This document shows positions 12,395-25,254 of a stretch of DNA of 64,000 nt, piece after piece. The translations under genes and the position numbers were made by a program. This DNA is from Camelus ferus (taxonomy: Eukaryota), in the NCBI RefSeq assembly GCF_009834535.1, contig NC_045713.1, positions 3,038,001 through 3,102,000 of the forward strand, in the 5' to 3' direction. Under the pieces are notes generated by a model. The model had not been told where the DNA came from. It saw only the letters and a list, made by a program, of their open reading frames with translations, and made no database searches. Position 1 is the first letter of the stretch; each line of letters opens with the position of its first letter.

Positions 12395-12847
12395 TGAGAC
12401 AGGCTGGGACCTGGGGACCCGGGACCCTTTGTGGCAGTGCCTGTTCCTCGACAAACATCTGGTTAAGCATCAGAATACAAAGAAACTGTAAGGGATTAAA
12501 AAATAACTGCATACATGTGTAGTTGGGGTAAATTATAAACGACAATACAAAAAGACCAAAAACCCGACTACCACTTCTGGGGAGAAAACGCAGGGTACTG
12601 CGCATGATCCCTGCACACAGCACCACCAAGGGGATGGGCCACCACCTAAGCCACCCTGTGGCCTCTGGACCCGCCCATGCCCTCCCCTATTTAAAGGACC
12701 AGCTCGCCCCCACTCAGGGAGCAAGCAAGGGAACCTGTTATTTGTTTTCGCTCCCTCCCACTGCAGCAGAAGTCCCAATAAAGCCTTGCCTGAATTTCTT
12801 ATCTGGTCCATCAATTTCTGTTGATTAAGGAGCCCTGGTCAGTAGCA
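12395..12847 (+). mobile_element. Solo ERV LTR, well preserved
   Basis: TGAGACAGG...GTAGCA termini; 4-bp flanks catt/caat; GC box cccgccc 12670-12676; TATA-like tatttaaa 12688-12695; AATAAA 12777-12782. Confidence 0.82.
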
Positions 12848-13269
12848 CAATCACTCTGTTCCTCCTTGACTTCTTGCTTGGGTCAGAGGGTGGAGAATCT
12901 GGGTATGTCCCCTTGCTTTGCTCTTGAGGACAAAGACATTTTTGTGAAGTTTCCAGCAGAGGTTAAGCCTCCATGCGTTCAGTTAATTTATTCACATGGA
13001 CAGCAGAAGAAGGAGGCTTTTCACAGGGGTAAACCATTCATGCCTACTCCAGATTGGAGGCTTGTCTATCTTTATGTCTGCGTACTAAAAATAAGCTAAC
13101 TGTTCTTGGTGGGGTGAACTGGCTATCAGGATAAAACCCTCAAAACACGTCATGAGGTCTGAGAGGGGGCTGTAGCCAGGGGGAGCTAAAGTAATAATAG
13201 TGACAGCCAGCAATTCTTTATTGCTTCTCATATGTAATTGCAAGTGTTTTACTGCTTTGCTAACTAAGG

Positions 13270-13412
13270 TGAGGTTTGCAGACCTGCAGCGCCTGGAAGA
13301 CCATCAGAAATACACATTCTCAGGTCTCATCCCAGACCTACCAAATGGAAGCTGTAGTTTGACAGGATCACCAGGTCATTTACCTGCAGGTCAAAGTTTG
13401 AAAAGTACTGCT
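13270..13412. mobile_element. MER5A hAT MITE
   Basis: gcagc...ctggaag...agaaat...ctcaggtctcatcccagacctac...aagtttgaaaagtactgc. Confidence 0.7.
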
Positions 13413-13639
13413 TTATACGTGTTAGCTCTTTCAATTGTGAAAAAACAAGGAGGGAGCCACTATTGTTATTCGTGTTTCGCAGACAACAACATTTAGGCAC
13501 AGAGGGAGGAAGTGACTCATCAAATCCCACAGCTGATAGATGTCTAACCAGGATGGTGCTGAGGTCGTCTGTTGTGGAATGTGGGCTCTCAAGCTATCCT
13601 GCTCCTGAGAGAAATGACTCTGGTGTTACACAGAGCTGG

Positions 13640-13980
13640 GTTCATACAGCAGGTCCTTCTTGCTGGCTGTGTGCCTCTGGACAGGTTATCTAACCTCTCT
13701 GAGCTGCTGTTGCCTCACTAGTGAAGCAGGTCAGGAATAGCATTTATGTCACTGGGCTTTTGTGAGACAGCATAGGAAAGTGCATGTGAAGCACTCAGCC
13801 ATCAGTGTCCATTTCTGTAATTATGACTGTTATTTTTATCATCATTCAATATTGTCAACCCCCTGTTATCATCAGCATGGTCATCATGATGTCATCATGC
13901 TGTCATCAGTGGCATTATCACCACCATCATTTGTCATCCTTGTTATTGTCATCATATCGTCATTGTCATTGTCATCATCA
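13640..13980 (+). mobile_element. MIR with a decayed (ATC/GTC)n low-complexity tail
   Basis: ctgggttca...ctggacaggttatctaacctctctgagc...catgtgaagcactcagc followed by an ATC/GTC-rich tract. Confidence 0.7.
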
Positions 13981-16900
13981 GGTGGAGGTTGTCAGCATGA
14001 GGACCCAGGCTCATGGGGGGGACAGGAGCTGCAGGAACTCAGCAAGACATCAGGAGGGTGGAGTTCAGGATTGGTTCTGACAGCTGCCTGGATGGATGAA
14101 CCTCAGACCGATTTCTTCAGACCCGCTAAGCCCCAGTGAGGTTCGTGACTCATATTCTCTGCTCTCTCTGCCCATCCAGAATTGACAGCCCTGACTGAAC
14201 GTCTTTCTGGGATGGATAACTGGAAGGCAGCCTTCTCCCCAAGTCGTGGTTGCTGTGGAAACAGGTGTCCCTCAGGACCAGAAAAATGCTGGCAGGGACT
14301 TGGCTTCTCAGCTCCCGGAAAATAATTGTTCACTTTCCCCTGTGCTTGTTATTCCCAAGTAACGTTTATCAAAAGAGCACATGTTGCTGGGCCCCCACCC
14401 TGATTCTCACCTCTGCTTTGTGGCGGTGGGCAGGAGGGTACCTTCTGGCTTGGATCTGTGTCTTTGCAGTGGTGCTGGTGGGCCAGGTTAGGAATGCTGC
14501 TGACTCTTCGAGATTGATTTTCTTTATCTAGCCTTGTGTTTTCTTGCAGCTCCTTGAAAACATCCCATTATTTTCTGGGACTTCTCATAGGAGCACTACC
14601 GCCGTTATTTAAAAGAAGGCCAGACTCTTCAAGGCTCCAGCACTCAGGGAAGGGAACAGTAGCTCACAGAATAGCTCTGTTCCCTGGAGGTTTGCCTTCC
14701 CTTCAGGTCAAGGGGTTCTAGTTGGATTCCCACTGCTGTCACCACACTTCCTCCTTGACAGAGTTGCATCCCCTTTTATCTGTTGTGTGTGTATTAGTGT
14801 GGACAGAAATAACGTTCTCTTATTTTCCTTAGCACAGCTGAGAGATGCTGAAATGTTAAAAATAAACAAAGAACCTACCCAAATAGCAAGGAAAATAAAA
14901 TAAAATAAAATAAAAAACAGTAGCAACAACAGCAAAGTAACAGAGGCATAAAAACAGTCCAGAACCCCTAGCCAGAGGGTGACACTCGGTCCCCAAGTTC
15001 TGGTCCTGCTGTGCAGGGTCCTTCCCTTCCCCGGGCTCTTTTTACCTCCTGGGGTCAGTTTTCCTCCGTCTCTGAACCTGCCCTGATTCCATCACAAAGG
15101 AGCTGGGTACTCGGCCACCTCTTGAAGCAAAGGCATAGAAGAAAGATTTTTAACTCTGCTATCTGCCCCTCCCCTCCCAACGAGAAGGAAAACATCCTAG
15201 AATAGAATAGGATATGGGGAAAATATCGGGTGCAAGCTACCCTGGACCCTGAATCACCCGTCTCCCTCTTCAGTATTTCTTTAGAAGGAGACTTACTTCT
15301 TCGTGGTTAATCAGGATAAAAGAAGAGAGATTGGGCATCCTCACTTCATCTTGAATCTTTTCTGCTTTGAAATTAGCCAGGCTTCCACCATCTCCCCAGC
15401 CCCCACTCTTCCTTCCTTGCCCCCATTTATCCCATACAATCAATATTGACTTTCAACTATGTGCAGAGTGCATTGTATGGGGCATTGATTTGAAAAGGTC
15501 TGTTTAAATATATTTTCCATTTCTCAACTTCTTAGGCTGAATAACACTATACCTTGCAAATAATGAAACAGCTCTGTAATTTCACTCTCCTTTTCTGGAG
15601 TAGACAACCTTCTGCAGCTCTGTCCGGGAATGCATTCTTGGTCCGTGTATATACGTGTGTTTGTGTTTGGTTAGGCACTCGTGCCAGAATGTGCGTGCAT
15701 GTGTGTGCCAGTCTTTGGACTCCAGCTCTTCATTGATGTTTGCTTTATGCCCACGGACCCAGATACTTTTTGGAGGTAGACTTTCCAAGCCCTTAGCAGC
15801 TCAGCACCCTCACCCCCCTCAACACACTGGAGGCTATCACTGCACAAGGCCAGTGACACAATTTCCAGGGGCAGGGGACAGTTGCTGACTGGTTGCCTAA
15901 GGAGGTGTAGCACAGCTGCTTTTCACGATTTGAGTTCCAGAACAGGCCGTGTGCTGTGGGGAGCCCTCTCAGCCAGGTACTGGGCGGGAGGTAGCAGATG
16001 GTACCCCTGCTTCTCCGCTGAAGCTTCCCCCAAGTGAAGCCCCACTTAGACCAATTTCTCATCTCTCATTGTCTGGGGACTCTGCGCATAGGACACACAG
16101 CTTTCTGCCAACTTTTCCTTTGGAGAGAGGGGCTCTCTGAGCAACCAGCCAAACATTGCCATTCTGCTCTCTCTCTGCTCCCCAGCAGCTCAGATTGTTT
16201 CCCCATGTCCTTCTTTTAACTGCCCTCTCAGGCCACATCCATCTCTCATATCGACAGCACAGGCTGCCTGAGTGCTGGGACCAAAGACCCCAAAGGATCC
16301 TGAGAACTGTTTGTTTTTATGGAATGCCTTTCTTCCAAGGATCTCTGAGTACCTCTCAGACAATTAAATGTTATTGTTTGTAAATGGAGAAACTGAGGAC
16401 TGAATAAATTAAGCTCCTTCTTCAGAAACACCTGGCTGATGATGCAAAAAATCCAGCCCACCTGCTTTTCTCAATTTTAAACCTTCCCAAAGAGTGTAAG
16501 TTTACAGCGTGAAAAGTGAGGCTAAAGCAAAATTATGGAGCCTATTTTCTTTCTTTTTAGCACGTCTCTTTCCTTGACTGTCTGCCTTACCCCACCAGCC
16601 CATCATCTCCTCCGCAGGGTCTGCATGCCCCAAGCCTCCAAGGGTCCTGCTCTCATGCAGTTCCAGTTGGAGAGCTGTGCTCTGGAAAAACAGGGCCAAA
16701 AAGGTCATTAGCATCCACAGAAGCTTTTAGTAAGTTAGTTTTGTTTTGCCATTTTCAGTATGTTTCTGTGGTGGTGCACGCAAGTAAGCTTCATTGTGCC
16801 ACTCCGCTAGACCGATGCTGTCACACATCTTCTGTAATAAGTGAAGATACCCACCTCAGTGGCATCGTAGGATGGGAACCACAAGCTCACCAGATGTCGT

Positions 16901-17699
16901 GAAGAAAAAAGAGGAAGCATGGAACCCCCCAGAAATAGTGGGTTGAATAGGCATCTTGTAATTTGTCAAGAGCTAAGATAAGCACCTTATTTTTCTAATT
17001 GATAAACCCTAGGTGTTTCAATCTACCTGACTCCACCAGCTTCTACTGCTCAGTAGAATACTGAAGAGCTCACTCCACTGACTTCTGTTATCTTGATTTC
17101 TCTGGGCAGCTTTGAGAACTCGTCCCATTGGCCCTCTTATCCGTTCATTTACAGTCAGCTTGTTGGGGTCACAGATAAGTACCCAACTCATTAGGCGCTG
17201 ACCCCTACTGGAGCAATCATCATAAACCACCATGAGCTCTTCCCAGTTCAATTGATGTGTAAACTATTTAAGGACAAGATGAAATGAACAGGAAGGATTT
17301 TCTGGTTTAGTTTAATTGCTTCTCAGGTGGCCTCTCATTTACCAAGCTCTGCTACCAGTAAAGACCCAGAACTACCCTAGTGAAACTAATACAGAAGACC
17401 CAAGTTCTTCGGGGAATAGCGCTTGACTCAGCAGACCCCTGGGAATCTGCATCGCCAGATTGAAAGGAAACCTGTTTCAGTGTACTTGGTGTGCTGGTGC
17501 CGGTTCTTCTCTCCTTTACTTACACCTATGCGTAACTTAAAACTGCATTCTGGTTTAGATTTAGTAAGCAGATTGCATGGTCCGCAAATTCCTTGCTCTT
17601 TAAACTCTACAAAATGATGGCTAACTTAAACGTGAGTCAGGTGGTCTCTAGTGGGATGTCTTCCTTGGGATGCAAATGAGGGCATCAAGAAAAAGCTGG

Positions 17700-17838
17700 T
17701 TTAAAAAATTATGATAAAAGTACAGCGGGGTAGATAAAATAAGATTGGCAGAAACGGATGGTTGCTAAGGCAACATGGTGCTCCATTGTACTAGTTTCTC
17801 TGCTTGTGTGTTGCGTTTGAAATTTTCCATAATAAAAA
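17700..17838 (+). mobile_element. Old L1M 3' end fragment
   Basis: Ends tttgaaattttccataataaaaa, the typical L1MB/MC 3' terminus. Confidence 0.55.
17761..17774. promoter_or_regulatory. RFX X-box motif GTTGCTAAGGCAAC
   Basis: One mismatch to the RFX consensus GTTGCYATGGCAAC. Motif only; function not shown. Confidence 0.5.
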
Positions 17839-18084
17839 TGAAGACTCTTTAAGTCTGCAGTCACATCAACGCAGATTTGAACTCAGATCTGGGCACTTGC
17901 TTTGTGTCTCTATTGTTTGTTCGTTGGGTTTTTAATGAAAGAATGGCAGTTAGGAGCGCCCATTTCACAAAGTGTGCAAGATCCTGGTGTTCTTAAGCTT
18001 TCATTATTTTGTCAAGCCATGGAAACAACTGGTTCTGGATTTTCAAAGTCTGGCTATCAAATTGGTGATTGGCGGCTGCAGAGA

Positions 18085-18385
18085 GCAGGGGACAACATGG
18101 GTAACAGGGGTCAAAAGGTACAAACTTCCAGTTATAAAATAAGTCATGAGGATGTAATGGTGACTATTGTTAATAATTCTATACTATATATTTGTAAGTT
18201 GCTAAGAGATTAGACCTTAAAAGTCCTCATTGCAAGAAAAGGGGAAAAAATGTAACTGTGTAGTGACAGCTGTTAACTAGACTTATTTTGGTGATCATTT
18301 CTCAATGTATATAAATATAGAATCATCATATTGTACCCTGGAAACTAATATGTTATATGCAAATTAAAATTCAAAAATAAATATT
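18085..18385 (+). mobile_element. L1MA9-like 3' end
   Basis: ggggtcaaaaggtacaaacttccagttataaaataagtcatgaggatgtaa...taactagacttattttggtgatcatt... Confidence 0.8.
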
Positions 18386-18877
18386 TTTTCAATTGAAAAA
18401 TAAAATTAAAAAAAATGAAAACTAGGCATAACAGTCCATACTTGGTAAGGTTAACATGAGGATTAGAGTAATTACACATAGAATGCTTCACATCGGGCCT
18501 GACAGACTCTAGAACCTCACTGAATGGTGGCTGTTATTGCTCTCTTTACCTCTCAGTTCCAGAAAGCCCCCAGACATTCAAATCAGATAGGTGAAACAAT
18601 GGAGGATCCAACGTGTTGATGACCTCACATTATCCAGGTGCCCAGGCAGGTGGAAGACAGAGGCCTGAGCCCGAGAGCCTGTTCCTCCCATCAAGGAAAC
18701 TGCCAAAGGCTCTTTCTTCATGAGAAAATGAGCGAAGCTTTTGTGCATTGTGGATAATCTTCCAGGGGTCATTGAACCTGAAAATGTCATCCACAGCGCA
18801 GTCCCCGTGCCTCTCTGCGTTTTCTGGGAAGATAGTCCATGGGTCTTATCAGATGCTCAAACGAGTCTCTTTTCTTT

Positions 18878-18998
18878 CATTCATTCACTCATTCAGCAAA
18901 CATTTTTGGAGTGTTCATGATGTTCTATGTGTAGAAAATACTGCAATGAATAAAACAGGACAAAATGCCCTGCCTTTATGGAATTTAATTTCTAGTGG
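18878..18998 (-). mobile_element. L2a 3' end
   Basis: (ttca)n tail followed by caaacatttttggagtg. Confidence 0.65.
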
Positions 18999-20042
18999 AC
19001 CTAAAAACTCCTAAGAATCACTGATCCAAGGAAACCAAGAAGCAAATGGACTGTGTTTAAATTTGCCAATAGCTCTCTTTTGGTTGCGTTGAATTATAGA
19101 CTCCAAACATCTATCCTATTGGGTCGAACATGTTTTCCGCAGCCATGTGCATTTGACAGTGTGGACACCAAGGGAAAGAACTAATGAAATTTACTGATTA
19201 TATTGGAAGCCAGCAAATTTCCTCTAAGGACCCCACTGTGGAAATACAGGAATGAAAGGAAGCTATTGAATAATGTGGTGAAGTTAAAAATAAAAAATTA
19301 CTAAAACCAATACAAATTCCTGGTATTTTGGCATCAGAGGGACTTGGGTTTGAATCTTCAGGTATCGAACTGTGAAAGATTGGATGGGATACAGAAATTC
19401 TTTGAGAAACAGCACTATCTTGAATTTACTGTGCAGGATTGTCATGAGTGTTAAAAGAAAGAACTGGCCCTCAGTAAATGTTCGTTCTCTGCAGCTAAGG
19501 CAGTGATTCTTATAATGTTGAGACCCTGGACCTGTAAATGTAAACCAGACACACATACATGCACATACACGTGTTTACACACACATACGTTTACACACAC
19601 ATAAAAACACCTGCACATGTTCATGATAATGACAGACTTGCCAAATTTTAAATTTTGTCCAAGGCAAAGGATTTATGAAACACAAATAAGCCTCAGTAAA
19701 GCTGTGCACAAACATACACACACACAACTATGGATTACCTTCTTAGATTTAATAAAGTGTATTTTAAAAAAACAGTAAAAGAGGTTTAATCAGCATAAAA
19801 GACAGCCTTTTAAATGATATAAATTTTGCTTAAAAACTAATACAGTAAAAACTCAATGCATTAAAATTCAAACATATATAAATAGGTAACAATATATTAC
19901 AGAATATATAACAATATGTAAGAATATAAATTTATAAAATTAAAAACTCAGTATGTTTTCTTTATTTCCTCATCTCACTTGCAAAGTTGTTGTAGTCCAT
20001 TTGCTTAATCTCTTTTTTTTTAAGTAGAATGCTTAAAAATCA

Positions 20043-20102
20043 TTTTTTTTAACATTTTTTATTGATTTATAATCATTTTACAATGTTGTGTCAAATTCCA
20101 GT
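20043..20102 (-). mobile_element. Very short 5'-truncated camelid-type L1 3' terminus
   Basis: T-tail plus aacattttttattgatttataatcattttacaatgttgtgtcaaattccagt, as I recall the young camelid L1 3' end. Confidence 0.6.
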
Positions 20103-21348
20103 ATGTGGAGATTCTTTTTTTTTTTTTTTTTTTTTTTTGCTTCATCTCTTGATTATCAGAACCCTGTAACAGGATGGGCAGGACCTTTAGTTGCATTTCT
20201 CTGGAGCACAGACTCGAGGGTAAAGTGGCCGTCAGGTCCTGTAGAACAGGGACCTGCAATCATTGGCTCAGACACTGGTCCTGTCATTCTTCTGGGGCAA
20301 TGGGAGAGAAGTTTCAGCTTGATGTAAGACAGAACTTTGTCAACAGACAAAAATTGTTTGTCTCCCCACCACAGGGGCCTCGTGGCAGAAGCTGGATGGC
20401 CACCTGAAAAGATCTGCTCCCCTTTCTGGCAGCACCTTCAAGGAGGTGAGTCTCAGACCTGCCAGGTCTTCCTCCTACCAGGCCTCCAGCTGAACTCACT
20501 GAGTTCACGGTGAGTTAAGAGAGAGCTTGGATTTTAGAATCAGACAGACTTGGGCTAGAACCCCAGCTGAACCTACATTTACATGAACCCAGTGTTGAAT
20601 CTACCCCCGCCATCCATATTTGTAAAATCAGGACAGTAATCAAAACCTCCTAGTGTGATGAACGTGAAGGAAGGTAATGTGTGTGTGTGAAATTCCTGAG
20701 GTCCTCCCCCCAGGGCCGCTGGGGACAGTTGCGCAGGTTGTTTCTTGCTCAAGGGTGCCAGTCCAGGGGGCAGATGAGGGCAGAATTCCAGCCAGGACTC
20801 AGATCCTGAGCCTTGTACCCTGACAGAGGCTGCAGCCGGGCTGAGCCTCATAGTCTATGTGCTCCCAGACTGGACACCTTTTCCTAAGTCTGAGAAAGGC
20901 TCTCAATACTGTAGGTATGTCCTGCCTTCTTTTCCATCCTCTCCCGTTGGTCACCTCCTCATCAATGAACCTGGGTCAGGAAATAAAACTGCTCTGAGCC
21001 ACTCTCGGCTCTCCACGGGCCGCTTGCCCTGATGGACTGGGCTGCTGCTGCTTCCAAGCGAATGAAAGGAGGAAGATTTCTTGTTACCTTCAGGGCCTTG
21101 ACAAGGATTGGTTCTGTCTCTAAATGAAATACCCTTTAAATTGCCCTGAAATTGCATTGCTTGTCTCAGTTAAGTGGAATCCTATGGACTATAAATCTGA
21201 CTTGAAAGGGCTGTTTAATTTGACTAAGATGTTACAAAGGGTTTACCAAAATTTAAAGCATTTGTCTATGGAAAATCAATTACGGCCCAATCCATCTCAC
21301 CGATGACAGGGGTGTTCTCAGTTGTGGATGGAGCATGGGCACAGGTGT

Positions 21349-21349
<1 letters not shown>

Positions 21350-21397
<48 letters not shown>
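21350..21397. repeat. (CA)24 microsatellite
   Basis: Perfect dinucleotide run. Confidence 0.97.
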
Positions 21398-21398
<1 letters not shown>

Positions 21399-22280
21399 TT
21401 AGGGGTGAAGTGGCTGGAGTCTCATGTTGCAGAAATTCGATGCAGATTAAATATGGCTTATTGACTAATGATAAGCAAGTTATCAATTGCAGTAATTTTA
21501 GCACATTGTACAATGTTTCTAGAATGCTGTGTTCTTACCTGCCAGCCACTGCCCAGGTTTCAGCTTGCTATTTGCAGTAAGTGGAAAGAGAGAAAACTGC
21601 TCTCCATTCCAGGTCCCTCTGTTTCTATTACCCTCCAGCTACATGGGTAGGAGGCCAAGTGGGTGTAATAAAGCTCTGGTCCCAGTATCAAAGGCAAACT
21701 ACTAACTCACCTATCGCCCCATGTGCTGAAGAGAGAAGCAAGTCTCCTCATGTAGTGATTTGCTGTGTCCACCTGGTACCTAATTATGATGAGGGGTTGA
21801 GAGGATCAGAACACAAAGCAAATGGATGAGGAAACTCTTGCAAGACTGCCTGACTCCAGCCAAGTGAGTCCTGCAGTACAGATCCCAAGGTGTTTGTGAT
21901 CAGCAGTGGGCGGGTCTGGGAGAGGGAGACCAGCGACTGACCTGAAGACCTAACAGCCAAGGTGGACAGAGCTATTGGCAGAGGGTGAAGTATCAGGGGG
22001 CACTTTGCATGGAAGCCCAAACACAAAGACATAGGGCCCCACACTAATATGAGACATCAGTTCCAAAGAGGGGGACCTGGCCATGGCAGAAGTTGTAATA
22101 ATGATAGTGATAATACAATGACAATAACAACAACTGACATTTATCAAATACCTACTATGTGTCAGGAGTTTTCTAAGCACTTTATAGATGTATTATCTCA
22201 TTTAATTTTCACAAAACATCCTTTGAGGTAGGCACAATTATAATCCTCAAGCCAAGGCCACATGCAACTAATGAAGTTGG

Positions 22281-22780
22281 TTTGTTTTTAATTGAAATAT
22301 AGTTGATTCACAATGCTGTGTTAGTTTCTGGTGTACAGCACAGAGATTCAGTTATACCATATATATTCTTTTTTATATTTTGTATTATAGTTTATTACAA
22401 GCTATTGAAGGTAGTTCCCTGTGCTATAGAGTAGGACTTGTTGTTTATCTATTTTTTACATAATAATTTGTATCTGCTGCCCCAAACTCTTAATTTATCC
22501 CTGCCCCCTCCTTTCCCTCCTGGTAACAATGAGTTTGTTTTCTGTGTCTGTGAGTCTCTTTCTCTTTTGTAAATAAGTTCATTGTGTCATTTTTTTTTGA
22601 TTCTACATATAAGTGATATCATATGATATTTGTCTTTCTCTGTCTGACTTACTTCATGTAGTATGATAATCTCTATGTCCATCCATGTTGATGCAAATGG
22701 CATTACTTTATTCTCTTTTATGGCTGAGTAGTATTTCACTGTATGCCTATACCACAACTTCTTTATCCAGTCAATTGATG
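22281..22780 (-). mobile_element. Cetartiodactyl L1 3'UTR (L1_Art-like)
   Basis: aattgaaatatagttgattcacaatgctgtgttagtttctggtgtacagc...tccatccatgttgatgcaaatggc. Confidence 0.88.
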
Positions 22781-25254
22781 CTTGTTTTCTTAATCATTAT
22801 TATACATGGTAGTCTTCAAAGACACCACATGAAAAATAACAGCCAAGCTTGGGAGGATTGGAAGGACATATGACCCGGTGGCAGGAAGCAGAGGACTAAG
22901 CTGAGGTCCTCTCCTCCTCCCACCTGCTAAGGTATTGCCGAACTGAGGAGTGGAAGAAGAAGAGGGTGCACAATGGTGAGAAAGAAAGCCCACAAGCCCT
23001 CCTCCCTCCTCCCTCCTCAGGTTGGAACAACTCAGGAGTTTGGGAGGCTCTACTTGAGACTTCAGATTAAAGAGGAGGCTCTCTTGTAGACCCCTTTCAG
23101 GGGCCGGTAGTACCTTCTGCCCAGAAGACTTCTTTCTCCCCGGAGACCCACGAGGAGGATGAATTTGAGTGAGAGTCTATGGGGTGCAGCAGCCAGCAGA
23201 CAGGCCCAAAGAAGAGTGGTGTCATAGCACAGCAGGGCACTGTCTGTTTCTCGGAAGGTATGGGAGGTGGAGATGAAACGTGGAGAGCACCTTGCCTTGC
23301 ATTTGTCTAAGTCAGAATGCTGTGAAAAATTCACCGTGACTTTTCAGAACGCTGGAGCTCTTCACACTGTTTGCATGACAAATCTTGTAGTTTAAGTGCA
23401 GCCCATCATTTTTTAGGTGTGCATGAATGTGAAGCTTCTGGACGTCTCTTGAAAGGCCCTAGGATAAGAGACACTTATTCACTAAATCTTAGGTGTCCTT
23501 GGGACCTGGTTCTTGCATGGCCTACACAGGAGCTTCTGGAGACACAAAGAGCAGAGCAGAGGTGGAGTTAGCTGTCAAACCCAGGATGCCAACTGCCAGA
23601 GGGCCACCACCCAGCCCAGAGCGCACCACACAGCCTCCATAGTGCTCTTCCCTGACTTATTCTTAGAGCAGGCTTAGAGCAGGGCATACTACACGTTCTG
23701 ATTTCCACCAGGACCAATCCAGTTGGTAGTTCTTTAAGGAGAGTCCAAGAAGGAAAGAGAGAGAAACCATCTCAGATCCAGCCCAGGATGGGTCAGCTGT
23801 TCCCCAGGGCTGGATGGAGCACTCGCTTTGGAGAGTGACAAAGGGAGGCTCGGGGTAAGTTCTCTCAAGTTCCGAGCCTCAGATCCTGAGACTGACAGCT
23901 GCTGTTGACCACAGCAAGGTGAGCATGTGCAGCCAGAAAGAGGAGGAAAAGCCCAGGTCAGATCTAGGGTACGCATAGGAGGAAGCAAATCCAAGACGGG
24001 AGTGTGAATGGCTGGCTTGGAAGGTCCAATGGCTTAAAGAATTATCAATAGACACTTGTTTGCATACATCCCTTCCTCTGGGATCTCAGCCTTACCTCTG
24101 CCCTTCGGAGGGTCAACAGAGTATCCTTAAGTCTTTAGAGAAGCAGAAGCAAGTGAAAGTGAATACTACTGTTACCACTCATTTCAAAGAACCAGGCAGC
24201 AAACTAGATGGGAAGACAGGATTGTGGAGTGGTGGGAAGGTGCCCCTTCTGTGGTTTCCCAGTTCTGTCTTCCTCGTGCCGTCTGGCAGCCAGGACTCAG
24301 GCTGCACAATAGAGTCAAGGAACTAGAAAGGATCTATTTGAGAGAAGACGCCTGCGACAGCTCTTTCCATTCAGCTCACACTCCTGCCCTCCCATCATTC
24401 CCCAAGCCCTCCACGTCCCTCCCCACCCCCTCCCTGAAACAGCCCTCTGAAAGGATCAAGGGAAGCAGCTGAGGAGAGGGCAGTCCTCACCAAGGCTGCT
24501 CCGGGCCTTTGACTGACATAGCATTTGTAACATTAGAAGAGAAGGTTTTTTAATGGCGTGAAAATGCCTTTAATCACAGGAGCTAAACGGTGTGCAGCAC
24601 AGGTTCAAGGTGATGGAGATGCTCTTGTTCTACATCTGCATTTTCATCTCACTTAGATTAATTCATATTTTAATTGCTTCTCTTCCTGATTGAAGTACCA
24701 GAAAGGAGCACTTTTCCTTCCTTTGATGTCAGGTTCTCCCAGGCACGGCCAAGGTCAGGTACCGGGCACACGAGCCTTGTGGGAGGATTTCCAGGAAGGT
24801 CACGGGGTGGCACACGCCCCTTTGTGAGCAAGGCATTACCCCTGAGGGAGGAAAGCTGGCGGGGATCTGGGCAAAGCCAAGCTGGCAGCACTGTGGCTTT
24901 TAAATCACCGAGGGGCAGCCCAGGAGGGGTGTGGTGGAGTCGGCACCACTCAGCTCACTGTCCTGTGCTCTGTGGTTTGGAGCTATGATGTTAGAAAGAA
25001 TGTAGCCCCTTCTTTCCTACAACGGGTGGCGTCCTTAAGTCTTCTGGCCACGACTTACCACTTTGCTCTTTAGAAGGAAAATCACAACAATCCTCTTGCA
25101 AAAAATCTCTGGGATTCAGGAGGTGCTTCACATCTGTGTCTTATGGCCTCTTCTTGTCCCAAATTCCTGTCCCAACTTGCTGTCTCTGTGCAGTGGGAAT
25201 TTTCTTCCCTCTGCTCAGAAGCAGGAAATAGGCAACACACACTCTATTCCCCAA

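Noticed and set aside
13762-14139. His/Ser/Ile-rich ORFs
   Set aside because: They arise from a decayed (ATC/GTC)n tract.
23662-23683. Short tandem duplications (cttagagcagg x2; also agagcttcagcac x2 near 49228)
   Set aside because: Ordinary slippage-type micro-duplications.
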